Of a DNA stretch of 64,000 nt, positions 1-8,433 are shown piece after piece (within the stretch, counting starts at the first letter, position 1; each line of letters starts with the position of its first letter). The notes under the pieces are model-generated. The model was not told the DNA's origin and did no database searches. It saw only the letters and a program-made list of their open reading frames with translations. The stretch comes from Chthoniobacterales bacterium (GTDB lineage Bacteria; Verrucomicrobiota; Verrucomicrobiia; Chthoniobacterales; Chthoniobacteraceae). The stretch covers positions 15,756 to 79,755 of the forward strand of contig JBBSFI010000001.1 of NCBI GenBank assembly GCA_038238905.1, read 5' to 3'. A program made the translations under genes and the position numbers.

Positions 1-248
1 CTTCACTCCGGTCTTTTATAAAGTCATCCGCAAGCTCTCCGGTCGCGATGGGGTGGCCCACTCCCGTGCGCCTTCCGGTCCTGCCGCGCCTCGGGATCGC
101 GCCGATGTCATCCCATCCAATGGCGCGAGCGATGGGCATGCCACCCCTCCGGCCAGTCATCCGCAGTTTGATCTCGGCTCGGAGCCGCCCGCCGGATAAC
201 GGCACTGTGCAGGCGCAGCTTCGCCGCTCACCGAGCAACCCAGCCTCT

Positions 249-1685
249 TCAGGTCGCGTCGCCGTACGAACTCTCCACCCGCTTTGCTACGTCACGATAG
301 TTGTAATCGACTTCGTAGATCTCCTTGATGCAGTTCAAATATTCGGCGCGATTACCCATCTTTTCCAAAACCAGCCCCAATTTGTATAACACTTCTTTCT
401 TAGTGTTGTCCATGGCCGCCATCTCGCTGGCTGCGGCTTTCAACTGGGACACCGCCATATCCAGCATCCCTTTCTCCGTGAAACATTGCCCGAGCAAATT
501 CATCGCCTTCAGCCGCACGTTCGGATTCTGCTTCGCCTTCTGCAGTTCAGGAATGGCATCGGTAAACTGCTCCGCCTGCATCAAGCGCTCGCCCAGTTCG
601 TAGCGCAGTTGGAGATCTGTCGGATTCCGTTCCACTCGCCGCTTCGCGTCGCCGATTTGTGTCTCGGCCTTCTTCCGTTTCAATTCGGTCATTTCGTCCC
701 GGTATTGCACGGCGTCTTCGTGTTGATCGCCGCCCTCCGCAAAGAACGCTTCCAGCGAAGCGATTCGCTGGTCCACTTGCTTCAGCCCCAGGTCGGCCAC
801 TTTCCGCGCGACTGCCGGATCGCTCCCTTTTACGAGATCGTTCGTGTAGGAAAACCACTGGAGCGCTTCCGCCAGGTGGTCCGGCTCTTGCGTGATCTGC
901 TGCTTTTGGTCGTATAATCCAGCGATCCGGCGCACCAGATCGACGTTTTCCGGCTCCTGTTCGTACTGCTGCCCCAATTCGGAAATCTGGCTGTCGATCA
1001 TATCGACGTCCTTGAAGACTCGGCTCTGCTGTTCCAGCGAGACGGCCTGGTCCTTGTCCTTCATGATGTCCCGGTAGCTCTTCGCCGTCTCCCATCCGCC
1101 GCGCTTCATCGTGGCGCTCGCCGACGCATCCTTGCTCCGCTTGATCGCGATCATGTCTGCCGGATTGATCTCGGTTATCCGCGTGTAAATCTCCACCGCC
1201 TTGTCCGCCTCACCCATTGCCGTATAAAATTCCCCGAGCTCATGCATCACCTTCGTATCCTTCGGATTGCCCTCCACGAGGGTCTCGAGCGCAAAAGCCG
1301 CGATTTCATTCGAACCCGCCGCTTTGGCCGCATCTTTCAGCAGGTGATTTCCCTGCGCATTGAAGGGGTCGTTCTCGAGCGTCTTCTCGGCGAGTTCCAT
1401 TGCAGCGAGCGGATCTTTCTTCACGTAGCCAGCCCCCTTCAGCGAAGCCGTCGATAGCCCCGAAAACATTCCCTTTTTCCCCTTGGTCGCTGCGATCTCC
1501 GCTTTGCGAAGTATCCGCCGTCCATCCAGAAAACCCGGCTGCTTCTTCAACACGGCGTGGATCAGCGATACCGCGTACCCGTAATTGCGCAATTCCACGG
1601 CGCTCAAGGCCCGCAGCCAGAGCGCTCGCAGGTCGTCCGTAAGGTCCTTATCCGAGATGATATCCATAGGGGAGAAAGTGAACAC
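249..1685 (-). CDS. TPR-repeat protein
   Basis: 478-aa ORF made of repeated TPR-like helical pairs (e.g. AEQFTDAIPELQKAKQNPNVRLKAMNLLGQCFTEKGMLDMAVSQLKAAA). Third-position bias matches neighbouring genes. No enzymatic motif seen. Confidence 0.75.
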   Translation of the reverse strand: MFTFSPMDIISDKDLTDDLRALWLRALSAVELRNYGYAVSLIHAVLKKQPGFLDGRRILRKAEIAATKGKKGMFSGLSTASLKGAGYVKKDPLAAMELAEKTLENDPFNAQGNHLLKDAAKAAGSNEIAAFALETLVEGNPKDTKVMHELGEFYTAMGEADKAVEIYTRITEINPADMIAIKRSKDASASATMKRGGWETAKSYRDIMKDKDQAVSLEQQSRVFKDVDMIDSQISELGQQYEQEPENVDLVRRIAGLYDQKQQITQEPDHLAEALQWFSYTNDLVKGSDPAVARKVADLGLKQVDQRIASLEAFFAEGGDQHEDAVQYRDEMTELKRKKAETQIGDAKRRVERNPTDLQLRYELGERLMQAEQFTDAIPELQKAKQNPNVRLKAMNLLGQCFTEKGMLDMAVSQLKAAASEMAAMDNTKKEVLYKLGLVLEKMGNRAEYLNCIKEIYEVDYNYRDVAKRVESSYGDAT

Positions 1686-1765
1686 TAATCAGCCTGCTTC
1701 GTTTTGACAATCCGCGCGAAGGCACTTTCGCAAGAAATCCTCCCTTCCTTCCCGAACCAGGCCCG

Positions 1766-1954
1766 TCAGCGGCCCACTTTCGAGCTCTCCGCCCGCTTCT
1801 GGTCTGCCTTGTCCGAAGCCATTGCCTGGATCGATTTCCATTCCTTCGATGCATTATCCGAGAAATTGCTGAAACCGTGCTCGAAAATCACTGTGAAAGC
1901 GAAAGTCGAGACCAGGAAAAGGGCAAACCAAAGAATGAAGCGGATGAGACCCAT
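1766..1954 (-). CDS. small membrane protein (hypothetical)
   Basis: 62-aa ORF with one clear N-terminal TM segment (LIRFILWFALFLVSTFAFTVIF). It sits between two same-strand genes. Small size limits confidence. Confidence 0.4.
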   Translation of the reverse strand: MGLIRFILWFALFLVSTFAFTVIFEHGFSNFSDNASKEWKSIQAMASDKADQKRAESSKVGR

Positions 1955-1985
1955 GGTAGATCGGTGCGTTGGTGGCAGCTTTCGA

Positions 1986-2711
1986 CTAACTCAGAACACC
2001 TTCGCCCGCAACTTGCTTTTCTGGCGGCGCCGCGTGCAGGTTCGCAAATGCAAAGAACGTTGCGTACGTGAGCAGAGAGAAGACGAAAAATGCCGCGATA
2101 AACGTGAGGCCGCCTTCGCCGGGTGGCATTCGCACATGCGAGACGGCATTCGACGCCAGGTCGATGGGCCGAAAGAGCGCATCCCGCGAGTTCCAGCGCC
2201 AGAACCGGCCGACATAAACGCCGATGCTCCCGAGCGCCAGCATGGCCGCCGCAAAGAGCCATCCCATGGCGCGCCCTCGCCACCCTCTCACCATCTCTTG
2301 CATGAGATAGAGCGAAAAGTAGCCCGCAAAGAGCCCCGTCCAGGCGACGCTCATGATCAGCAAAAGATCGAACCACGCATTCTGCGATCCGCCCCAGTGA
2401 AAGTGTACGAGATCGGTAATGAGGTAAGGTGCGTTCGGAAAAAAGAGAAACCAGATAACCGCGCATCCCGCCAGCAGCCCGTTCCAGCGCCAGCCGCGCA
2501 ACTGGAGCGTGTGCACCGTCACCGCGCACAGCAGCGGGATCCAGGCCAGAAGCAGGTTCTTCGGCACGAAGCCAAAGCGATCCACATTGAGCCTCCGTCC
2601 ATGTTCGGACCAGTCGCGCACGAGAAGCAGCGCCAGGCAGACCGCCGTGGAGAGGACGAGTGAAAGGACGGCGATGCCCGTTCGAGTCTTGGAGAGGCTG
2701 CGGCGTTTCAC
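1986..2711 (-). CDS. DUF1361-family integral membrane protein
   Basis: 241 aa, multiple TM segments, and the FFPNAPYLITDLVHF motif that I associate with DUF1361. Confidence 0.7.
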   Translation of the reverse strand: MKRRSLSKTRTGIAVLSLVLSTAVCLALLLVRDWSEHGRRLNVDRFGFVPKNLLLAWIPLLCAVTVHTLQLRGWRWNGLLAGCAVIWFLFFPNAPYLITDLVHFHWGGSQNAWFDLLLIMSVAWTGLFAGYFSLYLMQEMVRGWRGRAMGWLFAAAMLALGSIGVYVGRFWRWNSRDALFRPIDLASNAVSHVRMPPGEGGLTFIAAFFVFSLLTYATFFAFANLHAAPPEKQVAGEGVLS

Positions 2712-2811
2712 GCTCCGTTATTAGCTCGCGCAAAGCCGCGCGCAAGCAGCGCTCGTAATCCATGTTGCAACCTCCCGCTTCCACCGGCGATAAAGCGCCC
2801 GGCCTTTCTCC

Positions 2812-3378
2812 ATGGACTACTTTGATCTCGTCGGTTTGTCTCGCAGGCCCTGGCTGGATCCTCTCGAACTCAAGGCGCGGCTTCATTCGCTGACAGCCAG
2901 CTCCCATCCCGACGCTGGAGGCGAGGAGCGGAAATTCGTCGAAATAAACCGAGCCCGCGCCGTTCTGCAGGATGACGCCGCCCGGTTGAAACATCTGCTT
3001 GAACTCGAAGCACCGAGCCTGGCTGCCTCCGGGGGTTCCTCGATCCCCGGCGCCCTCGCTGAGAAATTCATGCGCATCGCCGTCGCGAGGCAAAAGGCCG
3101 AGGCGTTCCTGCGCGGTCCGTCCGCGACCGGAGGCGCCCTCTTCCGCGCTCTCGCCGAGTCCGAACGCTCCGGCCATCGCGTTCGGCTTGCCAGCCTCAT
3201 TGAAGACATCGATGCCGATCGGCTTCGCTCCATCTGCGCTTTGCGCGATCTCGACGCCCGCTGGCTCGCGCGCACCGAAGCCGATCTCATCCAACTTGCC
3301 GAAGTCCACCGGGAACTGCTCTTCATTCAAAAGTGCCTCTCACAACTCCGCGAACTTCTCCTTCACCTCGATCTCTGA
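2812..3378 (+). CDS. J-domain (DnaJ-like) co-chaperone protein
   Basis: N-terminal ~65 aa look like a J domain with the HPD tripeptide (LTASSHPDAGGEERKFVEINRARAVL). The helical C-terminal half is reminiscent of HscB-type co-chaperones. Confidence 0.6.
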   Translation: MDYFDLVGLSRRPWLDPLELKARLHSLTASSHPDAGGEERKFVEINRARAVLQDDAARLKHLLELEAPSLAASGGSSIPGALAEKFMRIAVARQKAEAFLRGPSATGGALFRALAESERSGHRVRLASLIEDIDADRLRSICALRDLDARWLARTEADLIQLAEVHRELLFIQKCLSQLRELLLHLDL

Positions 3379-3443
3379 GCACGCCCGCTGCCGATTTCTC
3401 CCAAGCTGGACGGAACGAGACGCCTATCCGACAGTGACAGTCC

Positions 3444-4430
3444 ATGCATTGGTTCACTTTCAGTCCCAACGACTTCTTTTTCGCCTTCCTGAGCGTCCTC
3501 TTCGAAGGGCTTCCGTTCCTGCTCCTTGGCTCACTCATCTCGGGGGTGGTCGATGTCTTTCTTCCCGCCGATACGCTCGCCCGCGTTTTTCCAAAGAACG
3601 CCGCCCTGGCAATTCCGCTCAGCGCGCTGCTCGGCATTATTCCCGTCTGTGAATGCGGAAGCGTCGTCGTGATCCGCCGTTTTATTCGCAAAGGGCTGCC
3701 GCTCCCGTGCGCCATTACCTACATGCTGGCCGCTCCGATCGTGAATCCCCTCGTTGCCATGAGCACCTTCATCGCGTTCCGCGGCCAGAATCCATTGCAG
3801 ATGCTCGGCTACCGGCTCTCGCTCGGCTACCTCATCGCGGTCGGAGCCGGGTTCATTGTCCTGCTGCTTCGCAAATCACCGCGCGACCTGCTGCAGCCCG
3901 GCCTCATCGCCGAGGCGTCTCCCAAGCGATCTGGTCTGCGATGGGCTGCGACCGATGCGCTCAGTGGCGGCCAGAAAGACTTTGCCGAGATTGCTATGGG
4001 CGCATCGCCCGCCCGCAAGCTGATCCTCGCTGTCCAATCGGCCACCGCCGATTTTCTCGATGTCGCTTTCTTCTTCATCCTCGGGACCGCTATCGCCTGC
4101 CTCTTCAACACGGCTGTAAATCAGCAGCTCATACTTCCCTTTGCGACGCAGCCGATCCTCGCGATCCTCGTGCTCATGGGGCTTGCCATCGTGGTCTCGC
4201 TTTGCAGCACCACCGATGCCTTTATCGCCGCGAGTTTCTCATCCTTTCCGCAATCGGCGAAGCTCGCGTTCCTGCTCCTCGGGCCGGTCTTCGATCTGAA
4301 GCTCTTCTGGCTTTACGGACTCATTCTCCGCCGCAAGTTCGTCTGCATCCTCGGCGCCTCCCTCATTGTCGTCATCGCCTTTATCTGCTGGCGAGCCGGC
4401 GCGGTCATCGATGGCGTCCGCCTGCCGTAA
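3444..4430 (+). CDS. permease of the ArsP_1/DUF318 family
   Basis: 328 aa, about 8 TM segments, conserved PVCECGS cysteine motif. The downstream partner is a TIGR03943/DUF1980-type gene, which is the usual pairing. Confidence 0.75.
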   Translation: MHWFTFSPNDFFFAFLSVLFEGLPFLLLGSLISGVVDVFLPADTLARVFPKNAALAIPLSALLGIIPVCECGSVVVIRRFIRKGLPLPCAITYMLAAPIVNPLVAMSTFIAFRGQNPLQMLGYRLSLGYLIAVGAGFIVLLLRKSPRDLLQPGLIAEASPKRSGLRWAATDALSGGQKDFAEIAMGASPARKLILAVQSATADFLDVAFFFILGTAIACLFNTAVNQQLILPFATQPILAILVLMGLAIVVSLCSTTDAFIAASFSSFPQSAKLAFLLLGPVFDLKLFWLYGLILRRKFVCILGASLIVVIAFICWRAGAVIDGVRLP

Positions 4431-4489
4431 GAGCCAGGATGTCTGCGCCGCCGGATTGAATTTGCCAAAACCTGTCGTATCCTCACCCC

Positions 4490-5365
4490 ATGGCCAAAGT
4501 CTTCTCTCGCTGGCTCCCCTGCGCGACGCTCGCCGCGTGGAGCGCCATCATGCTTTACTATTCCGATCTCTGGAGCGGCAAAGTCGATGCGTTTCTCGTG
4601 CCGCAGTTTCGATGGTATATCGCCGCCGCAGGCTTCCTGCTCGGAGCAATGGCGCTCGTCTTCGCGCTTTTCCCGGCCGATGCCGAGTGCTGCATCACGA
4701 CCGATTGCAGCCATCCGCTTTCGCGCTTCGCAGCGGGCAAATGGCTCAGTTTCCTCGTCCTCATCGTCCCCTTTACCGCCGTTGCCGTCGTGTCGCCAAA
4801 GGGCTACAGCCAAAACTCCATGCTCCTCCAGCGTGGCGCGCTTACCGACGCATCGTCCTTGCCCGATCGCAAGATTTCCGTCGCTCCCGTCGATCTGCCG
4901 TTGCCTACAAAGGATGGCGCGCCTGCGGCTGCGACTCCGGCCCCAACCGCGGCAAATGCCAAGCCTGCCGCGCCTGCGGCCAACGATTACATCGAGAGGA
5001 CGCCAGAAGGCTACCTCGTCGCCGATGTGCTTGATCTCCTTTACGCGGTCCAGGATGGCAATCTGCGCAAAGATTTTGAGGGCAAGACCGTCCAGATGAT
5101 CGGCCAGCTTATGCCCGACACGTCGAATAATCCCAACGGCACACGATTCAAAGCCGTTCGGATGTTTATGACTTGCTGCGCGGCGGATGCCCGCCCCGTC
5201 GCGGCCCTCGTCGAGGCGCAAAAGCAGCCTGAATTGCCTGAGATGTCCTGGGTGCGCATCGTCGGCACCGCCACCTTTCCCATCGAGAACGGTCGCCGTA
5301 TCTCGGTCATAAGAGCCGACAAGGTGGATAAGTGCGATCCTCCGGCGGACGCAATGCTTTACTAA
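4490..5365 (+). CDS. TIGR03943/DUF1980-family two-TM protein (putative permease partner)
   Basis: 291 aa with two N-terminal TM segments, a Pro/Ala-rich linker, and a C-terminal domain carrying the MTCCAADARP double-Cys motif typical of this family. Confidence 0.7.
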   Translation: MAKVFSRWLPCATLAAWSAIMLYYSDLWSGKVDAFLVPQFRWYIAAAGFLLGAMALVFALFPADAECCITTDCSHPLSRFAAGKWLSFLVLIVPFTAVAVVSPKGYSQNSMLLQRGALTDASSLPDRKISVAPVDLPLPTKDGAPAAATPAPTAANAKPAAPAANDYIERTPEGYLVADVLDLLYAVQDGNLRKDFEGKTVQMIGQLMPDTSNNPNGTRFKAVRMFMTCCAADARPVAALVEAQKQPELPEMSWVRIVGTATFPIENGRRISVIRADKVDKCDPPADAMLY

Positions 5366-5457
5366 ACACGGCCTGGACGAGGCCTTCCGCGCGTTTCCGG
5401 CATAATCGCGCGCAAATCCCCTTGCACTCCTTCGCTGGCTCAACAGCATGTAGCCAC

Positions 5458-6162
5458 ATGTTCCCGGCCATCGAGCAGCTCCTCGTAGTTCAAGATCGCG
5501 ACCGAAAAATCCGCGCGCTCAAACAGGAGCTCAAGCATGCGCCGCTCGAACGCAAGCGCCTCGAAGAAAAGCTTGCGGGCGCGCAGCAGCATCTGGAAAA
5601 GGTGAAGCACACCGCCAAAGAGCTCGAAGTGGAGCGCAAGAAGCTCGAAGACGAGGCGCAAACGAAGCGCGACCATATCGTCAAGTATCAGACGCAAAAG
5701 TTTCAGACCCGCAAGAACGAAGAGTTTCAGGCGTTTACCACCGCGATCGAGCATCTCGAAGCGGACATCCGCAAGATCGAGGATCGCGAGTTGGAGCTGA
5801 TGCAATCGGCGGAGGAATTGAAGCCGCAAATCGCCGAAGCCGACAAGACCGACAAAGCCGCGAAGGCCAGCGTCCAGCAGCAGATCGCCGATTTGGAAGC
5901 GAAGGTCGCCACGATCGAGCAACAGATCGCGGAAATTACCGGCGAACGCTCGAAGCTCGTCAGCGAGGTCGAAGAAGATCTGCTCGACAATTACGAACGG
6001 CTTTTTGCCACGAAAGGCGATGCCGTCGTCGCCCTCGAACATGAAGTCTGCACCGGCTGCCATGTGAAGGTGACCGCGTCCACAAACGCAGGGACGAAAG
6101 CGGGCAGGGGAATTATCCACTGCGACCAGTGCGGACGGATGCTCTACTTCGTGAGGACGTAG
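5458..6162 (+). CDS. coiled-coil protein with C4 zinc ribbon (COG1579-like)
   Basis: ATG at 5458 (M43 of the tracked ORF) gives MFPAIEQLLVVQDRDRKI, a long coiled coil, and a terminal CTGCH...HCDQCGRMLY zinc ribbon. Confidence 0.75.
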   Translation: MFPAIEQLLVVQDRDRKIRALKQELKHAPLERKRLEEKLAGAQQHLEKVKHTAKELEVERKKLEDEAQTKRDHIVKYQTQKFQTRKNEEFQAFTTAIEHLEADIRKIEDRELELMQSAEELKPQIAEADKTDKAAKASVQQQIADLEAKVATIEQQIAEITGERSKLVSEVEEDLLDNYERLFATKGDAVVALEHEVCTGCHVKVTASTNAGTKAGRGIIHCDQCGRMLYFVRT

Positions 6163-6177
6163 CCCTCGACTGGGATA

Positions 6178-6387
6178 TTAGAGCGTCCGGTCGTCGTCGC
6201 GCACCACCGTCACGTCGTTCTGCAGCCGTGACCTCCTGTTGTTGCTTGCAGCGCCGATCAGTCCGATCCCAAGCAGGATGACCGCGCCGATCTCCACATA
6301 CAGTTGCGGAGCCCCGGCGACGATGGCCGCCCATGACAAGCCGCCGATTAAAATGAGGAAGCCGAGGATGTAAGCGAAGAATCTCAT
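6178..6387 (-). CDS. small membrane protein (hypothetical)
   Basis: Starting at MRFFAYILGFLILIGG gives two TM segments followed by a charged tail. Convergent with the upstream gene. Confidence 0.45.
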   Translation of the reverse strand: MRFFAYILGFLILIGGLSWAAIVAGAPQLYVEIGAVILLGIGLIGAASNNRRSRLQNDVTVVRDDDRTL

Positions 6388-6484
6388 AGGGAAGTGGCGA
6401 TGTGCCACTGCCGAATCGTTCCGCAGCCCTCCTGCGGCTGCAAATGGGAAGAGCCTCGTCGAAAGACCCTATACGGATACGATA

Positions 6485-6997
6485 TTAGTTCCCGCCCCCG
6501 GTGTTGCTCGGAGACGCCTTGACCGCGTGCTTGGCCAGCGAGTCGAAGGTGCTCGTGCTCTGCGCCCGCATCGTCTCTATCCCATCCTGCTTCACGATGA
6601 TCTGCCACTCGATCTTGTCCTTCTCCATCGAGCCGCCTTCCTTCCAGCCGGAAATCTGCGCTGCGCCAATCGTCATATCCTGGCCGTCCGCCGCCTTCAG
6701 CGCCTTGAGCTTCTCCGTTCCGGTGTAGCTCACGATTCCCGATGCATAGTAGCGCTTGACTAAAATCTGCCAGTCCACCTCTCCCTCCTTCATATCCTTG
6801 AAGGACACATTCTTCACCGTCACCTTCAGCCCCTGCGTCCGGTTGATGCGCTCCATGTAATAGCCGCCTCGGCTGTCGCTTTTGTCCAGCGTAACCTTCT
6901 GCACCGTCACACTGATTCCGTTTTTCTCCTCCGCCACGCTCGCATGGATCGAGATCAGGAGGAGGGGAGTGAAGAGAAGAGGGAAAAAGCGCCGCAT
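6485..6997 (-). CDS. secreted hypothetical protein
   Basis: Internal ATG at 6997 gives a signal peptide (MRRFFPLLFTPLLLISIHASVA), then a beta-rich domain with two similar halves (VTVQKVTL.. / ..WQIIVKQD). Confidence 0.6.
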   Translation of the reverse strand: MRRFFPLLFTPLLLISIHASVAEEKNGISVTVQKVTLDKSDSRGGYYMERINRTQGLKVTVKNVSFKDMKEGEVDWQILVKRYYASGIVSYTGTEKLKALKAADGQDMTIGAAQISGWKEGGSMEKDKIEWQIIVKQDGIETMRAQSTSTFDSLAKHAVKASPSNTGGGN

Positions 6998-7156
6998 AAC
7001 GCCCTGAATGAGAGCCGCTAGCCCGCCAGAGTCAACCACCAAAGGCGGGTCCTTCCGTGACGCGTCTTCCCTGTCCAGCGAAGCAACGGCTAATCATTCG
7101 ACGCTGTCCGCATCGAAAGCTTATGCAATGGTCAAGCCATTCCCGACGATGGTAAA

Positions 7157-7687
7157 GTGCGCTTGAGCACCCTCCCGCCCCCTCCCGCCCCCCCCTGCAT
7201 GCCCGATCCGAAGCCAAAGACCCGAAAACGCCCAGCAGCTCCCAAAAAGGCCGCTCCACCGCCGCCGGACGCCGCGCAAGTAACATCCGGCGTCGTCGAT
7301 CTCGAAGGCTACGTTGTTTGGCTCTATCTCGCTGGCGACAATGGCGGCATGTACGAGCGGTTCGATATTCTGCGCGGTGTCTTTCGGGAAAATGCCGAGA
7401 TCGCTCTCGACTTCGATTGCGCCCATCCCGGCGAACCGCCGCATATTTATTCCATCTCGCTCCGCCGCGAAAGCGCCCTTCTCTTCCGTGGTGAATGGCT
7501 CGCTGGCAATCCCGAGGATCGCGATTCCGGATCGTGCTCCTGCCGCGTGTATTTCAATGACGCCCGGCTCGGCCTCTTCGGTGTATGGCGCCGCAACGGC
7601 GAAGCCCATCACTGGATTGCCGAACTCCGCCCCGTTGACACCACCCGTCCCCCCGACGACAACGTGCCATCGACGGCTCGCCGCTGA
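7157..7687 (+). CDS. hypothetical protein
   Basis: 176-aa ORF (ATG alternative at 7199). It has a Pro/Lys-rich N-terminus followed by a globular part. Its third-position pattern fits the genome better than the 234-aa ORF on the opposite strand. Confidence 0.45.
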   Translation: MRLSTLPPPPAPPCMPDPKPKTRKRPAAPKKAAPPPPDAAQVTSGVVDLEGYVVWLYLAGDNGGMYERFDILRGVFRENAEIALDFDCAHPGEPPHIYSISLRRESALLFRGEWLAGNPEDRDSGSCSCRVYFNDARLGLFGVWRRNGEAHHWIAELRPVDTTRPPDDNVPSTARR

Positions 7688-7742
7688 GCCAAAGCTGGCC
7701 CGCCAATTTCCTCGGTCTGGGGCGCCCCGAGCGGACCACACC

Positions 7743-7973
7743 TCAAAAGAGGACCGACCACCCGCAGATCCGCTTGCAATCCGCGGCGGCATTCTGAAAG
7801 TAGCGCCCGTCTCCGAAGAAGGCATTGATCAGCACAAACGGCGTGCACACAAGGCAAAGCAGAGGAAACACCAGGGCATACAACAGAAGGGGGGGCAGAA
7901 TCTGCTCGAGTAAAAACCCAGCGATGGAGCAGACAGCGGCAACAATAATTTCGCCCATTCTCTCCCAAATCAT
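7743..7973 (-). CDS. small two-TM membrane protein (hypothetical)
   Basis: Only the last ~75 codons of the 313-aa tracked ORF look coding (MIWERMGEIIVAAVCSIAGFLLEQILPPLLLYALVFPLLCLVCTPFVLINAFF). The rest of that ORF runs through repeat-rich noncoding DNA. Confidence 0.4.
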   Translation of the reverse strand: MIWERMGEIIVAAVCSIAGFLLEQILPPLLLYALVFPLLCLVCTPFVLINAFFGDGRYFQNAAADCKRICGWSVLF

Positions 7974-8030
7974 TGCATGCCCGCCGCACAGCCATCGACC
8001 CAAAAACCCGCCTATCCCGAGCCGTCGTCG

Positions 8031-8159
8031 GGCATAGCGGAGCGATGCACGCCCCGGATGTGACCCGTGGTCGCTCGATCTACCGCCACTCTCTCCCCCA
8101 CAAAAGATCCCACCAACTACCCTCGCTCCTCCGCGACCTCCGCGCCCCCGCGTGACCCC
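8031..8159 (+). repeat. diverged R1 fragment plus R2 motif upstream of nrdJ
   Basis: 8037-8057 (GCGGAGCGATGCACGCCCCGG) resembles the R1 core GCGGAGCGATGCCCGCCCGG. 8128-8155 is a 28-nt exact copy of 42055-42082 (CCTCCGCGACCTCCGCGCCCCCGCGTGA). Confidence 0.7.
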
Positions 8160-8313
8160 GTTAGTCCCCTTCGAGTGGAACCCAAGCCCCAAAGCCACGC
8201 GCGGAGAAACAACCCCGAAGTCAACCGAAATCTTATGGAAAAAGTTCACATTCCGCGCTAAATTTGGCTTGTGAATCCGTCTGTTTTTGGGAATCGTCGC
8301 AACACCCCCAGAA

Positions 8314-8361
8314 CCACAATATGCTGTGGGTCGGTTTATCAGCAGCCTCAATATGTAGGTG
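8314..8361 (+). promoter_or_regulatory. tandem NrdR boxes (operator of nrdJ)
   Basis: Two 16-nt imperfect palindromes: CCACAATATGCTGTGG (8314-8329) and CCTCAATATGTAGGTG (8346-8361). Their starts are 32 nt apart and box 2 ends 72 nt upstream of the nrdJ ATG. Both fit the published NrdR-box pattern acaCwAtATaTwGtgt and its typical 31-32 nt tandem spacing. Confidence 0.7.
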
Positions 8362-8433
8362 AATAGGCTGTGAATAACCCGGCAGTAAATTGTCAAAAAG
8401 TTCCGATTCCGACGCCTTAAAATCACCGCCGCC

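Noticed and set aside
1-205. Possible 5' end of a minus-strand gene running off the left edge (..VPLSGGRLRAEIKLRMTGRRGGMPIARAIGWDDIGAIP..GHPIATGELADDFIKDRSE).
   Set aside because: The frame is open to the window edge with acceptable third-position bias, but I recognise no family and the start (GTG 205 or ATG 160) is unclear. The fragment is too short to support as a feature.
1888-3330. 480-aa ORF on the minus strand, plus similar long ORFs: 28369..30069(-) 566 aa, 43691..44743(+) 350 aa, 55925..57265(+) 446 aa, 46130..47017(-) 295 aa, 61971..62885(-) 304 aa, 62919..63746(-) 275 aa, and the first ~285 codons of 15212..16975(+).
   Set aside because: These are shadow ORFs typical of GC-rich DNA. 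They lie antisense or out of frame to genes with clear family motifs. Their translations are Arg/Gly/Ala/Pro-rich low-complexity strings without recognisable domains.
8390-8423. Sigma-70-like promoter TTGTCA ... TAAAAT in front of nrdJ.
   Set aside because: The spacing between the hexamers is ~22 nt, too long for a canonical promoter. It would also put the transcription start almost on the ATG. Not reported as a feature.
7990-8433. Cobalamin riboswitch upstream of nrdJ.
   Set aside because: I expected one because some nrd operons are B12-regulated. By eye I found no B12-box-like element or the conserved riboswitch core. The region is instead explained by NrdR boxes and R1/R2 repeat fragments. 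An Rfam scan is needed to be definitive.
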